Shown here: positions 9,421 to 19,689 of the stretch, one piece after another | Layout: every line of letters begins with the position of its first letter | Position numbering within the stretch: the stretch's first letter is position 1 | From: Chiloscyllium plagiosum | Lineage: Eukaryota | Direction: 5' to 3' | DNA: 20,000 nt | NCBI RefSeq assembly: GCF_004010195.1 | Contig: NC_057719.1 | Location: forward strand, 60,644,925-60,664,924 | Program-made: the position numbers and the translations under genes | The notes under the pieces: model-generated | The model's input: the letters and a program-made list of their open reading frames with translations, nothing else | Database searches by the model: none | What the model was told of the DNA's origin: nothing

Positions 9421-11302
9421 CGACTTCAATTATATCATTGTGTTTGACCAAGTTCATGTTTCGTTCTCCATTTCCTTCATACCACTTTTTGATAAAGTCA
9501 AATTTATCAGTTCCTTTGACTTTTTTTTCCAGCCTACTTCTGGATGTTTTTGAAGATGTGGATCATATGCTCTTAGGAAATGTTTAGTGATCTCACAGGA
9601 ATGGTCAAGGAATCTGAAGGTACTACTGTCAATCCATGTATTCTACCATTAACAAATTTAACTTATGTAATTTCTTGGCATATTTTTTATTTCTTAGCAC
9701 CCAGGTGGCAGGGAAATTCACTTCTGTAAAGGGAAACATCAGCAAATACTTAAAGGTCACTTGCCATTCAAAAAAAAAGTTAACTCATAATTTCTGACAT
9801 AACTGATTCTGCTCTTCTCCAATGAATTCATTTTAAAGAAAGAATCATCTGCACTGCTCATCATCTAGTTGCATTCATCTATGGGAGAAATCCACTTAAC
9901 CAATACATCTTCATAATTGCCTCCTCTGCTTCCAAAGGAAATGTATAAAAATAATATTAAGAACAGAAGTAACCATAGCACTAAAATCCATTACTGTACA
10001 TGAAAACAAAGTCCTGAAAATTATCAGCAGGTAAATAGCACAGTATATGGGGACTGGCACTTGGTAAGAGTTGGGAAATGATTTTCATTAGTAGTGTCAG
10101 CTTTTTGGAACTTCACAAGTTACTGCAATACTACTACACTCAGTGTTACTTCAAGGTAGGAAAGCACCAGAGATGCAACCATTGTTCATAGCCATCACAC
10201 TCAGAGAATACCACATTCATATAGCAAAGGACTCTTTGAGGTGTCAAAGTGACCAGATGAGCCGGAATTTTATTTTCTAACACAAATTTTGTTATTGAAA
10301 TAACTGAGGTATAATTTAATATCTTCCTATTTCTGACTTCTGAGCTCTCTGGTCTGCTGCCTCTTTTTGCTGTACATTCTGTGTGCTATGGAGAAGAAGG
10401 TCCACCCACACAATATGGGCAAATTGTGACTTTTCTGTCTCTGGTTGAAGATGCAAGCTTGGTCTCCCTATACTCTTCCTATTGTCCTTGTCCATGAACT
10501 TGCACTACAACACTTGGCTTTAGTACATGAGAAAGTAAGGGAAGTTGGGTTCACAGCTTGTGGCTCATCAAAAGCTGGCATGGAACAAAGCCATGTCCTC
10601 AAGGGAATGTGAGATACCAGGCCATATACAGATGGTCATGACCTACCTAATATTTAGAAGTGCCTGAATACCCCGATGACTCTTGTGGAGAATGTCCAGA
10701 CACAGAGCTTACAGTACAACTAACCTCTCAATTATAGATAAAAAACACACCAATAATATAGATGTGACCATGTTGTTCAAAATACTGCCACAGGACATGG
10801 TTGATGAGGGCATAACCTGGCCAGCTATCAAGACAATAGTGTTTGAATATCCATATATGTTTCATTCTGCATTTGAGTCCAATGAACTTTCTATGACATT
10901 TTCACTGTGACTGGAAAATAAGGCCCTCAAGTTTGTGAGAAAATTTATTCTCTTCCTTGTGTGGCCTGTTGATGGGTATGCTTAATACAATGTTTGTAGC
11001 AGTCTGCTGTTTCCCCTGAAAATATTCCAAAACTGTAATGCAGAACAACCTTGATTATCCGAACGAGATGGACGGGGAGTATTTTGTTTGGATAACTGAT
11101 GGTTCAAATTACTGATCTGATTGTAAACAAGGGAAGCCATATTGAATATAAAATGCAAAAAAGCATGTTTACTGAGTTTTTATTTCATTCAATCGATAAA
11201 ATGTGTACAAACAATGGATATTGCTTAAAAATTTATGATAGTTGACAAATAAAATCACTTTTTATGTATTTCCCGAGGAGAATTGAGGATCTAACGCTGT
11301 GG

Positions 11303-11463
11303 AGAAAATGAGGTCTGCAGATGCTGGAGATCAGAGATGGAAATGTGTTGCTGGAGAAGCGCAGCAGGTCAGGCAGCATCTAGGGAACAGGAGAATCGAC
11401 GTTGCTTCCTGAAGAAGGGCTAATGCCCGAAACGTCGATTCTCCTGTTCCCTAGATGCTGCCT
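11303..11463. mobile_element. Fold-back Penelope-like short insertion, copy 3 (opposite orientation)
   Basis: 35-bp perfect arms 11369-11403/11431-11465. Perfect 15-bp TSD GATCTAACGCTGTGG at 11288-11302 and 11464-11478. Confidence 0.88.
11405..11441 (+). ncRNA. Minimal type I hammerhead ribozyme motif
   Basis: UUC-CUGAAGA-A-GGGC UAAU GCCC-GAAA-C-GUC^GAUUC, with predicted cleavage after 11436. Confidence 0.65.
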
Positions 11464-12560
11464 GATCTAACGCTGTGGTCTACCAGAGAATTTGTTTAAA
11501 TCTATACTTCTGATGAGTCTGCTATTTAAACAAACTAATCTTTGCATTCTGTAAATTGCAGATCCCTAAATGTTCTGTTCAGAAGTATCTTGGTATTTTA
11601 GCGGCAGGATATAAAATTAGAGCAACATTACAGGCTGTGAGGAGCAAAATACACAAGTTCAGTTAAACTGAGAAGGACTAAACCCTCACCAGCACATAAA
11701 TTCCAGCATTAAATAAGGTCCCAAAGAGCTTCTAAAATTACAACAGCATTTGTCAGTTTCCACTCAGAACTCAATGTTGCGATAGAAAGACAGAAGCACT
11801 GCCTTGCTCATGTATTTACTTTCTCTACCTCTTTTTTTCATGAATAGCCTAGTAAAGTGACAGGAATAACGCACTTACTTTTGCAAAGGGCTGTGTAACT
11901 AACCCTTATGTAAAAAATATCCAGTCACTGCTGCGTGAGGTCTTTGTGTTTCTTTGTTTTTGCCAGCGTTTTCACACATTCTTCAGTACAGGTAATCCAA
12001 ATTCATGTTTAATCATTGTAAATGAAAGACTCGATCGTCGTACCAGTGTCAGTAACACCTCTTTGATGTAACATTTTACGGGACCTTGAGATCTTGTTCA
12101 GATAATCCAAAATTCGGATAACCAGGGTTGTTCTGTATACCATTTCAGTGAAATCGCTGGACATTAGGAGGTATCCTTGCAAGTTCTTTTGTGTTTAAGA
12201 AGGTTACCAACTGCTTCTGATCAATTTCAAATTTGACCAATAGGCCTAATACATAGTCAGAAAGATTCTTGCATGTCCAAGTGGCTGCAAGTTTTCTTTC
12301 TCAACTTCAGCATATCTTCATTATGTGTCAGTCAGCTTTCTGGAAGTATTGGAAGGCTGTCTGGTGCCATTGCACTGAATCTGGAATAAGACTCTTCTTA
12401 TGCTAATGGATTAATGGGTCTACGACTATTATATTTGGAAGGTCTGAATCATAACGTGCAAAGATATTGGACAAAATGAACATGTTGTTGATTTGATCAC
12501 ATCCATGCTATTGATGTCCAGCCCAACAACCTTCCTGATCATGCTTCAAAAGTTGTCAGA

Positions 12561-12600
12561 GTCTAAGTAGGATCAGTAAAATTTGTCTAAGTAGGATCAG
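12561..12600 (+). repeat. Local 16-bp direct duplication
   Basis: GTCTAAGTAGGATCAG at 12561-12576 and 12585-12600. Confidence 0.9.
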
Positions 12601-12764
12601 AATTTTCTGACCTGGTTGACCACTCCTGTAAAACACTGACTTTCCTGAGTGGTAGAGATGGCTTCTGGTCTTCTGAGTCTGCCACGATCCCTTTTGCATG
12701 ATCAATGAGGCCCAAAAACGTAATTCTACTTTGAGAATTCATGCTTATTATTAAGTGTCAGAGA

Positions 12765-12830
12765 CTTCACCTGATGAAGCAGCAATGCTCCAAAAGCTTG
12801 TGATTTCAAATAAACCTGTTGGACTGTAAT
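12765..12830 (+). mobile_element. Penelope-like terminal fragment, second family, decayed hammerhead
   Basis: CAC-CTGATGA-AGCAGCAATGCTCC-AAAA-GCTT-GTG..TCAAATAAACCTGTTGGACT. Homologous to 17237-17295. Confidence 0.6.
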
Positions 12831-13002
12831 GGGACTTCTGGCAGTTATAGATTGTTAAATGTCAAAGGTTGGAAACATGCAATGAAGATGTGAATCTCAG
12901 TGCATTTAGGAAGGTTTGTTCTCTAAAAATCATTTAGCTGAAAGGGATTTGAAGAGTAAGTAAATTCGACAGAGGGCAAGAAACCTGTCCCACATGATTC
13001 CT

Positions 13003-13200
13003 AGAGCATGGTGCTGGAAAAGCACAGCCGGTCAGGTTGCATCCGAGGAGCAGGAGATTTAATGTTTGAGCCATAAGGCCTTCATCAGGAATCCCTGAAA
13101 TGTTGACTCTCCTGCTCCTCAGATGCTGCCTGACCATCTGTGCTTTCTCAGCACCACACTCTTCGACTCTGACTTGACAGCATCTGCAGTCCTCACTTTC
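13003..13200. mobile_element. Fold-back Penelope-like short insertion, copy 4 (older subfamily)
   Basis: Diverged arms GGTGCTGGAAAAGCACAG.. / ..CTGTGCTTTCTCAGCACC, apex CCTTCATCAGGAAT (minus strand ATTCCTGATGAAGG), tail GCATCTGCAGTCCTCACTTTC, TSD TCCCACA(T/A)GATTCCT at 12988-13002 and 13201-13215. Confidence 0.8.
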
Positions 13201-14018
13201 TCCCACAAGATTCCTGCCTAGACTGTGAAGACCACAAAATCTGTCACAACATTTTTGAAACTGTTTTAAGACAACCATGAGGAGCCTCATTTCTATGTGA
13301 AACTGTACATTGATATTGTAACAGAAACACACCTCAGTAGATTATTATTCAGCTTTCATTTTTGCAATCTAATAAAAACAACTGTGTAGGTTTGCTAATC
13401 ACTGATGTGTACACTGCTTTGGGGAAGAAAAATTGATTATCTATATGAGAGATCATTTTATCCTTTGCAGCATTGAAATTAATAGTTCAGCCTTTATTTA
13501 CTTAATCTCCTATTAGTGGAATACTTCTTATTTATCTAACATTCTGTTAGTGGAGCAGTTAGGAAAACCTTTCTATTCATTAACACTCTATAAAATTGTC
13601 ATCTTGCTCATTCTTCTGAATAAGCAGGTAAGTATAGACAATACTTTCTGGTATGACAAAAGCAAAGTCAGTCAGAACATAGGAATCCCTGTTGGTATCC
13701 TTCCTCTCACATACACTCTCTCTCTGTCTAAGAGAATAAAACATAATGTCGTGACTGAAAAAAGTGGTAACGGAAAGTAAATGAGCCATATGAGGACAAA
13801 AAGAATAAACATACCAAAGAGAAAAACAAAAGACAAAAGAAGAATTTAAATTATGAAATAAGAATTGAATGAAAAGAGCTGAACATGTTTGACATGTGGA
13901 TTGAATATTGAAAAAAAGTAATACCTACTGATGGATAGAGGCAGGAGACCAACTATATAAGGATCTTGAAAGATTCAGATTAGTGCTGCTGCTGCTTATA
14001 TGAATTGGACCTTCTGAT

Positions 14019-14150
14019 CAGTTCCAAATAAATCATTGGTCCCAAAATGTTAACTCTGTTTTCTTTCCACAGGTGCTGCTGAATCTGATGAATTTTTCCA
14101 GCAATTTCTGTTTTTGCTTCTGATTTCCAGCATCTGCAATTGTTTGTTTT
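14019..14150 (+). mobile_element. Old Penelope-like terminal fragment (related family, no fold-back)
   Basis: CCCAAAATGTTAACTCTG..GTGCTGCTGAATCTGATGAATTTTTCCAGCAA..TCTGATTTCCAGCATCTGCA parallels the right arm and tail of copies 1-4. Confidence 0.6.
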
Positions 14151-14329
14151 TTTTTTGCTTTAGAAACTCAAACCTTATCTGCTAGATTAGAGCAACGGGG
14201 CATATTGGTTGCAAATATTGGATGAGGAGTTGCAAATGGGAGAGTGAGGGGCTGTGAGGAGAGGGGAGAAGTACTGTAAGTGGGAAAGGAAAGTCGCAAA
14301 TGGCAAACAGAGAGAGGTGTTTAAAAAAA

Positions 14330-15030
14330 AACACAGAAACATACAAAATAGGAACAGAAGTAAGTCATTCAGCCCTTCAAGCTGGTTCTGTCATGGGTGA
14401 TCATCCAATTCAGTACTCTGTTCCCACTTTCTCCTCATACTCTTTGACACCTTTAGCACTAAGAACTATTTCCTTCTTGAAAACATTCAATATTTTGGCC
14501 TCAACCACTTTCTGTAGCAAATAATTCCACTGATTCACCACTCTCTGGGTGAAGAAATTTGTTCTCACCTCAGTCCTAATGGACTACACCTTACCTTTAG
14601 ATTGTGACCCCAGGGCCTGTACTCCTTGGTCATTGTTTATTCTGTCTAGTCCTTTTATAGGTCTATTTTATATGTTTCAATGAGAATCCCCCCCTCATTC
14701 TTCTGAACTCCAGTGAATATAGTCCTAACCAATCCTATCTCTTTTACTTTTAATAACGCACTGTAGCGTTTTCCCAGTAGCAGTTGGAAGGCTAACTGGC
14801 CTTTCATTTCCTATTTCCTATCCCTGTTCTTTCTTGAGCAGGAGTATCACATTAGCAGTTTTTCAATCTACAGGAAGTCTCTCCAAATCTAGTGAGTTCT
14901 GGAATATTTCAAATAATGCCTGCATTATCTTTGCAGTCAATTCCTTTAATCCCCTTAAGTGCAGACCATCAGGTCCTGACAACTCATTGCCTTTAGACCC
15001 ATTAGTTTAGTAAATACTTTGTCCCTCATT
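14330..15030 (-). mobile_element. Decayed CR1 fragments (3' end 14330-14745; older internal piece 14760-15030)
   Basis: AAATAGGAACAGAAGTA.GTCATTCAGCCCTTC tail, TTCCAC.GATTCACCACTCTCTGGGTGAAGAAATT and CTCATTCTTCTGAACTCCAG are reverse-strand CR1 3' motifs. AGACCATCAGGTCCTG corresponds to a PGPDG-like motif. Confidence 0.65.
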
Positions 15031-15404
15031 TCTGATCCTTTCCGTGGAAAAAGGGCCAGTTATCTTACTTGGCTAATATATGGTTTTGAACAATATCAAT
15101 AGTGAGTTCAATTCATTTTCAAGTTGAGGTAGCCTTTGCATTTTCCTCCTCACCCTGCCCTGAGAGTGGAAGGTTATGGCAAAACCAACACTGGCAAAAA
15201 TTGCCAAGGCAACCATTTCGGATGAAACATCAGCAGACAATGAACCAAAGATCTGCCTCCAAGCAAATCACAAAAAAGTCACATCAATGTTAGTATTTTA
15301 AATAAACAATTTTACAAAAGGTCAATGATTAAGTATATATTTTGCATTAAATCACTCCACACAAAAAGGCTTCCTTGAATAATTCACACTTAACTAAGTT
15401 AGTT

Positions 15405-16521
15405 AAGCATTGTACATTTAATATTTTATTAAATCAATAAATAAACTCATCAAATAATGGCAGGGCTTATCTATAATTTGTCACAAAAGCAAACTGCTGA
15501 ACTTGTTTCATATTTAAATAAAATAAACAAGTACCAAGAATAGCAATAGAATATTGCCCTTCTAAATCTGTGTACTAAAGATAACTTACTATTCCTGATA
15601 ATGACTTATTGCCGCTGTCAAAATCAATATATTCACTGACTAAAAAGATGACAATCTTCAGCAGGCCAAGAACCAAATAGTCAGCAAACAGCTTTAAGAA
15701 ATGCCTTTTCCTTTCAAACTTAGTTATTACAATCAACTGACACATTGACAGAATGTCTGCTATCAGCACTTTAATAGTATAATGTTAGCAGTTTTTAAAA
15801 ATTGTTTAAAAGCAAATAATCAGCGCATAATAAGGTTCAAGTCCATGGCCATTTAATCCCATTAAAACATTACAGAGATATAATAGCCTTTAGAAAATGT
15901 TATACTGGATATACAATTATATAGAAGTAGATCACTCTGCAAAATATATCATCAAAGCTTTGTGAACTACTTTTTTGGAAGCCAACAAGCGAAAGAGATA
16001 CTGACCTATTTTAGCCTGTTTTCAACATTCATCTACATAAGGCATAATACTGACCTGTGAAGAAGTTTTAATTTTCTATCTGAAGGAAGAGGAAATAGAA
16101 ATAGAGGCAATTATTTGAAATGAGGCAATATTACAAAACAGAAGAAATGAGTAAAGGAAATTAATATAGAAAGCTTCTGGTCCAACTGGAATATAATTGC
16201 AGAAACTTCTGATGTCATCCTTCGCATTTGATCAAACTCAACATTGATATTTTTTTCAACATCAATACCACCCGTTCCATGTCCGGCTTACTTATATTCC
16301 TAGGCTTTTGATCTCCTTTGATTCCCTGTGCTCCAATTTAAAAGTTTCATCCGCATGTTCAAGTTCTTTCAAGGTCATGTGCAACGCTATTTGGGAAACC
16401 TGCCGGTGCTAAAACCTCTCCTCATCAGGCTCAACATTCATTTTGAACTTATGCTGCAGATATATTGGCTGGTGTAGAGATAAAAAAAATCACCTGTCTG
16501 ATTTGGCACAAAACGCATGCT
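15405..16521 (-). other. Possible terminal exon / 3' UTR of an unidentified transcript
   Basis: Acceptor TTAATTATTTTGTAG at 16522. Repeat-free AT-rich tract with a local CpG cluster (16220-16520). AATAAA at 15430-15425 followed by GT-rich sequence. Confidence 0.3.
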
Positions 16522-17021
16522 CTACAAAATAATTAAAAATACTACTTTGAAGATAAAAGCAGTATTTCTTTCCATGTTCAGATTTTAAAAACATAGATAC
16601 AATGGTTATTCTGGTCCATGATAAACCCATTGCCATTGACTATATTGCAAACAGCATGTTGAATTGGTGCTGCCTAATGCTTTAAGCCTGGACGACTTGC
16701 ACTATTCATTGGATGCATGCAGGGAGCCTGATACTATGGGAGGTAACTTAAAGGCAGCCTGTACCTCTCAAAAGGAAGTACACTGTGGCGGGAAAATAAT
16801 GGTGTGAGCCATTAAAATCTAAATATACGGTAATTTAATCAATGACAGAGCACTGGAGACAGCGTTGCTGTCGATCATTGTTGAAGAGATGAAAGGGGAG
16901 ATGTGTGTTTTGAGAGATGCAGGAAGCTTTCTAAATATGCAGTTAGGATGCAGTGGAAATAAGTAGTGGTGGAAGTCAATGTCAGGTCTGTATTGGAATA
17001 ACAGGATGCACTTGGTGTTGG

Positions 17022-17354
17022 AAGTTAAAATCACACAACACCAGGTTATAGTTTAACAGGTTTACAGGTATTTGGAAGTTCTGGGATTTACATATCAATC
17101 AATCAAAACCTGCATCCCCATTCTAAGTGATTAAAGACTTAACAGCAATCTATGTTTGTTCAGTACATCACGCCAGTTGCCTGACACTTTAATCTTTTAC
17201 TATAAATTCTGTGCCCTATGATCCTGCCCCACTACCTAGCTGACAAAGAAGCAGTGCTCTGAAAGCTTGTACTTTCAAATAAACCTGGACTATAACCTGG
17301 TGTTGTGTGATTTTTATCTTTATCCACCCCAGTCCACCACTGGCACCTCCACAT
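17022..17354 (+). mobile_element. Penelope-like element terminus with 5' inversion, second family
   Basis: 26-bp perfect inverted arms AAAATCACACAACACCAGGTTATAGT (17027-17052 / 17289-17314). Decayed hammerhead CTGACAA-AGAAGCAGTGCTCT-GAAA-GCTT at 17240-17268. Confidence 0.7.
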
Positions 17355-17909
17355 GAAACATATCCTATCTGCTCCACGACTAGAGTCATCCACTGGACAA
17401 TTCAACACCTCACTTTCGATCAGTCAGATCTCAATCTGAAAAAGAATATGTTTTACAGAATTGTGTTATAGATGATCTTTATTAATTCACTTGTCAGCTT
17501 GCGAAATTCATTAATACAGGGTTCCTATTCATTCATTCAAAACCCGTTACTAACCCATTATAGTATTTACTATAACACTGTTTGTTTCATTCATTCATAA
17601 AACCACACTTTTGTCGTATATTTAACTATCGTAAAATAGACCAAATTAAAATAACCCGTTCTAATTAAAACAAACCTTTCAAACATTACTGCTTTTTCAC
17701 ACCTTCAATTCATATCAGCTTTTGCTACAAGCAATGTTTAGATCTATTTACCTCTGGATAAATATCAAAGACTACTAAGTTATTCAGAACAAGACCATCC
17801 CTGCTATTGTGTCTCCATGACCTATCCGAAACTATGGAAAGATTATAATATTAATCAGCCCTTACCAACCATCCCAGACCTGAATAGATTGCAGAACACC
17901 CCATTAGTG

Positions 17910-18708
17910 CAGAGGGACTTCAATTCCTGAACAAGATGGGCAGGCACTATTTCATTCAGATAATTGATTATTCGGTTAATTGATTTCCTCTGGGGCTCGG
18001 AGTTTTCTGTGAAGTCTGCTCCCCGTTCAGGACACTATGAAAAAGCACACTGCGCTCGAGACCCTGCCCTGCCTGCCCCAACCCCGTCCACTTCCACTCC
18101 GCCCCCACCCAACCCAACACCACTCCCCCGTCTGCTCCCATCCTGCCACCTGCTTACCCCCAACCCCGTCCGCTTCCACCCTGCCCGCCCCAATCCCGCA
18201 GCCCCAACTCCGGCCCCCCATCCATTCCCACGTCCCCACCCAATCCCTGGCCGACCTGCTTCCTCCCCCCCACCACCCCAGCCTGGCCTGCTCCGGGGCA
18301 GCAGGACTGTACACCAACAGTAAGACTGCTGCTGACTTTGTGGGGCAAGTCTCCAAATACACACACACGCACACAGACAACTTTTGACAGGTTCCACCAC
18401 TGCCCTGTACAGGACAATGCTGGAGAGAGTATCTAGGGAAGGGAGGTTTAGAGTACAGCCCCATGTAGAACTCCCGGGGATGGGGGGGGAAGAGGGAAGG
18501 AGGTCAGTCATTTAGAGATGGTGCCTGGACTATTCAGGACTGTTCTCGGCAGCATTTCAGTGAGCCTCTTTTTTTAATCATTGCACCTGTAAACAAAAGA
18601 TGCGATCAGGGTTGAAACAGCTCTTTGATGTAATGTTTCTATCGGGACCTTGAGATCCCCTTTGGATAATCCGATATTTGGTTAATTGATATTTTGGATA
18701 ATAGGTAT
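17910..18708. mobile_element. Second, more diverged Tc1/pogo-like non-autonomous element related to 11041-12135, with C-rich interior
   Basis: Left end GAACAAGATGGGC.GG.A.TATTT..TTCAGATAATTGAT matches 11061-11115. Right end CTCTTTGATGTAA..CGGGACCTTGAGATC..GATAATCC matches 12059-12120. Confidence 0.7.
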
Positions 18709-18709
18709 T

Positions 18710-19240
18710 TGCTGGGTTGTTATCCCTTTAAGAAACTGTCAAACCAGAGCTTAAGTGAAATTGCATGAATGAATGAAACTCCCACCAGCAAATAGTAAAT
18801 AAATCACACAATCCAGCTGCTGTAATCAGTTTAATATCCTTTATTGTTTTATTAAGTACAGGTACAACTTCTAACTTATTTAGAGAATATAGTCCTAGTA
18901 TTTTTTACTAAAATAAAAGACAAAATGAGTAAAACTCTTAATTATGCAAGCAGACTGGACAGACACTTTTAATCCTATCAGGAGTAGCAGCTAGCATACA
19001 GCATGTTTTAATCATCTCCTGTCTCCCAGGACAGAAGCCCTTCAAACCTTTGTGTAAAACAATTTAACATCATAATAATGAATTTTAATATATGTAAGAA
19101 CTGTGTATAAATAGGCTTTTGTAAAACTGTATTTTAGGATTCTATGGCTGCCTCGAACCTTTGCTACTTGTGGTAGATGAATAAAAGAGAGTATTTTTGC
19201 CACTCATCGATTTCGGTCGTTAATTAAACACGATCTTACA
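18710..19240 (+). mobile_element. Possible solo LTR
   Basis: TG..CA termini (TGCTGGGTTG / CGATCTTACA, weak inverted repeat), CCCTTTAAGA near the start, TATAAATA at ~19107 followed by AATAAA at ~19180. No clear TSD. Confidence 0.4.
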
Positions 19241-19351
19241 AGAATGATCAAATGCTGTGCGCTACCACAAACCTCACACCCACAACTGACAGCTCACATG
19301 CCATGACTCCCCAGACAAATTGAAAAACATATTGTCCAAACAATTCTTTTG

Positions 19352-19490
19352 TATTTATTCTTTCATGTGATGCAGGTGATGCTGGGGAGTCCAGCATTTA
19401 TTGCCCACCCGTAATTGTCCTTGAGAAGGATGCAATTGAACCATTGTTGTCCATGTACTTTAGGCACCCCCACATGCTTTTCGGAACTTT
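19352..19490 (-). mobile_element. 3' end of the same LINE family as 6680-7768
   Basis: TTTATTC.TTCATG.GATG..GCTGG..CCAGCATTTATTGCCCA.CC.TAATTG.CCTTGAGAAGG resembles the reverse complement of 7660-7765. Confidence 0.65.
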
Positions 19491-19689
19491 CAGACCAAAT
19501 TGTAAGCTACTCGCTGATAGACTTTCATCTTGTTATAGCAGAATGTGGCGCATAACAATGGCTAGCAGGAAATAACCAGAGAAGAACGAGTAAAGCTGCA
19601 TAGAGGGGACAGTGCTGGCATTCTGGAGAAGGAATCATGGAGGGCTTGACCATTTGGTCTTTTTTTGTATTAAGTTGGAATTAGGGAAT

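Larger units (their letters stand above)
11041..12135. mobile_element. Non-autonomous Tc1/mariner (pogo/Tigger-like) DNA transposon
   Basis: TIRs CAGAACAACCTTGATTATCCGAA and TTCGGATAACCAGGGTTGTTCTG (21/23 match). Flanked by TA on the right and TG (mutated TA?) on the left. Subterminal TTCGGATAA-type repeats. Cleanly splits the Gypsy pol. Confidence 0.8.
10560..12745 (-). pseudogene. Highly decayed Gypsy pol (RT end, RNase H, integrase zinc-binding region), interrupted at 11041-12135
   Basis: Hand translation: EFS..ITFLGLI..KGIVADSE..CFTGVVNQVRKF; SRKLTDT..RYAEVEKE.LAATWTCKNLSDYVLGL..EIDQKQLV..NTKELARIPPNVQRF; GKQQTA; LDILHKSH.G..WPGISHSLEDM. Domain order is RT-RH-INT. Confidence 0.75.

Noticed and set aside
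16168..16217. Minus-strand hairpin ATGACATCAGAAGTTTCTG..CAGAAGCTTTCT as a SECIS element
   Set aside because: There is no GA on the 3' side to form the non-Watson-Crick quartet, the spacing is wrong, and no selenoprotein frame is identifiable.
17964..18511. Pro/Gly-rich ORFs of 87-158 aa
   Set aside because: A stop-poor C-rich low-complexity tract open in several frames on both strands, inside a transposon derivative.
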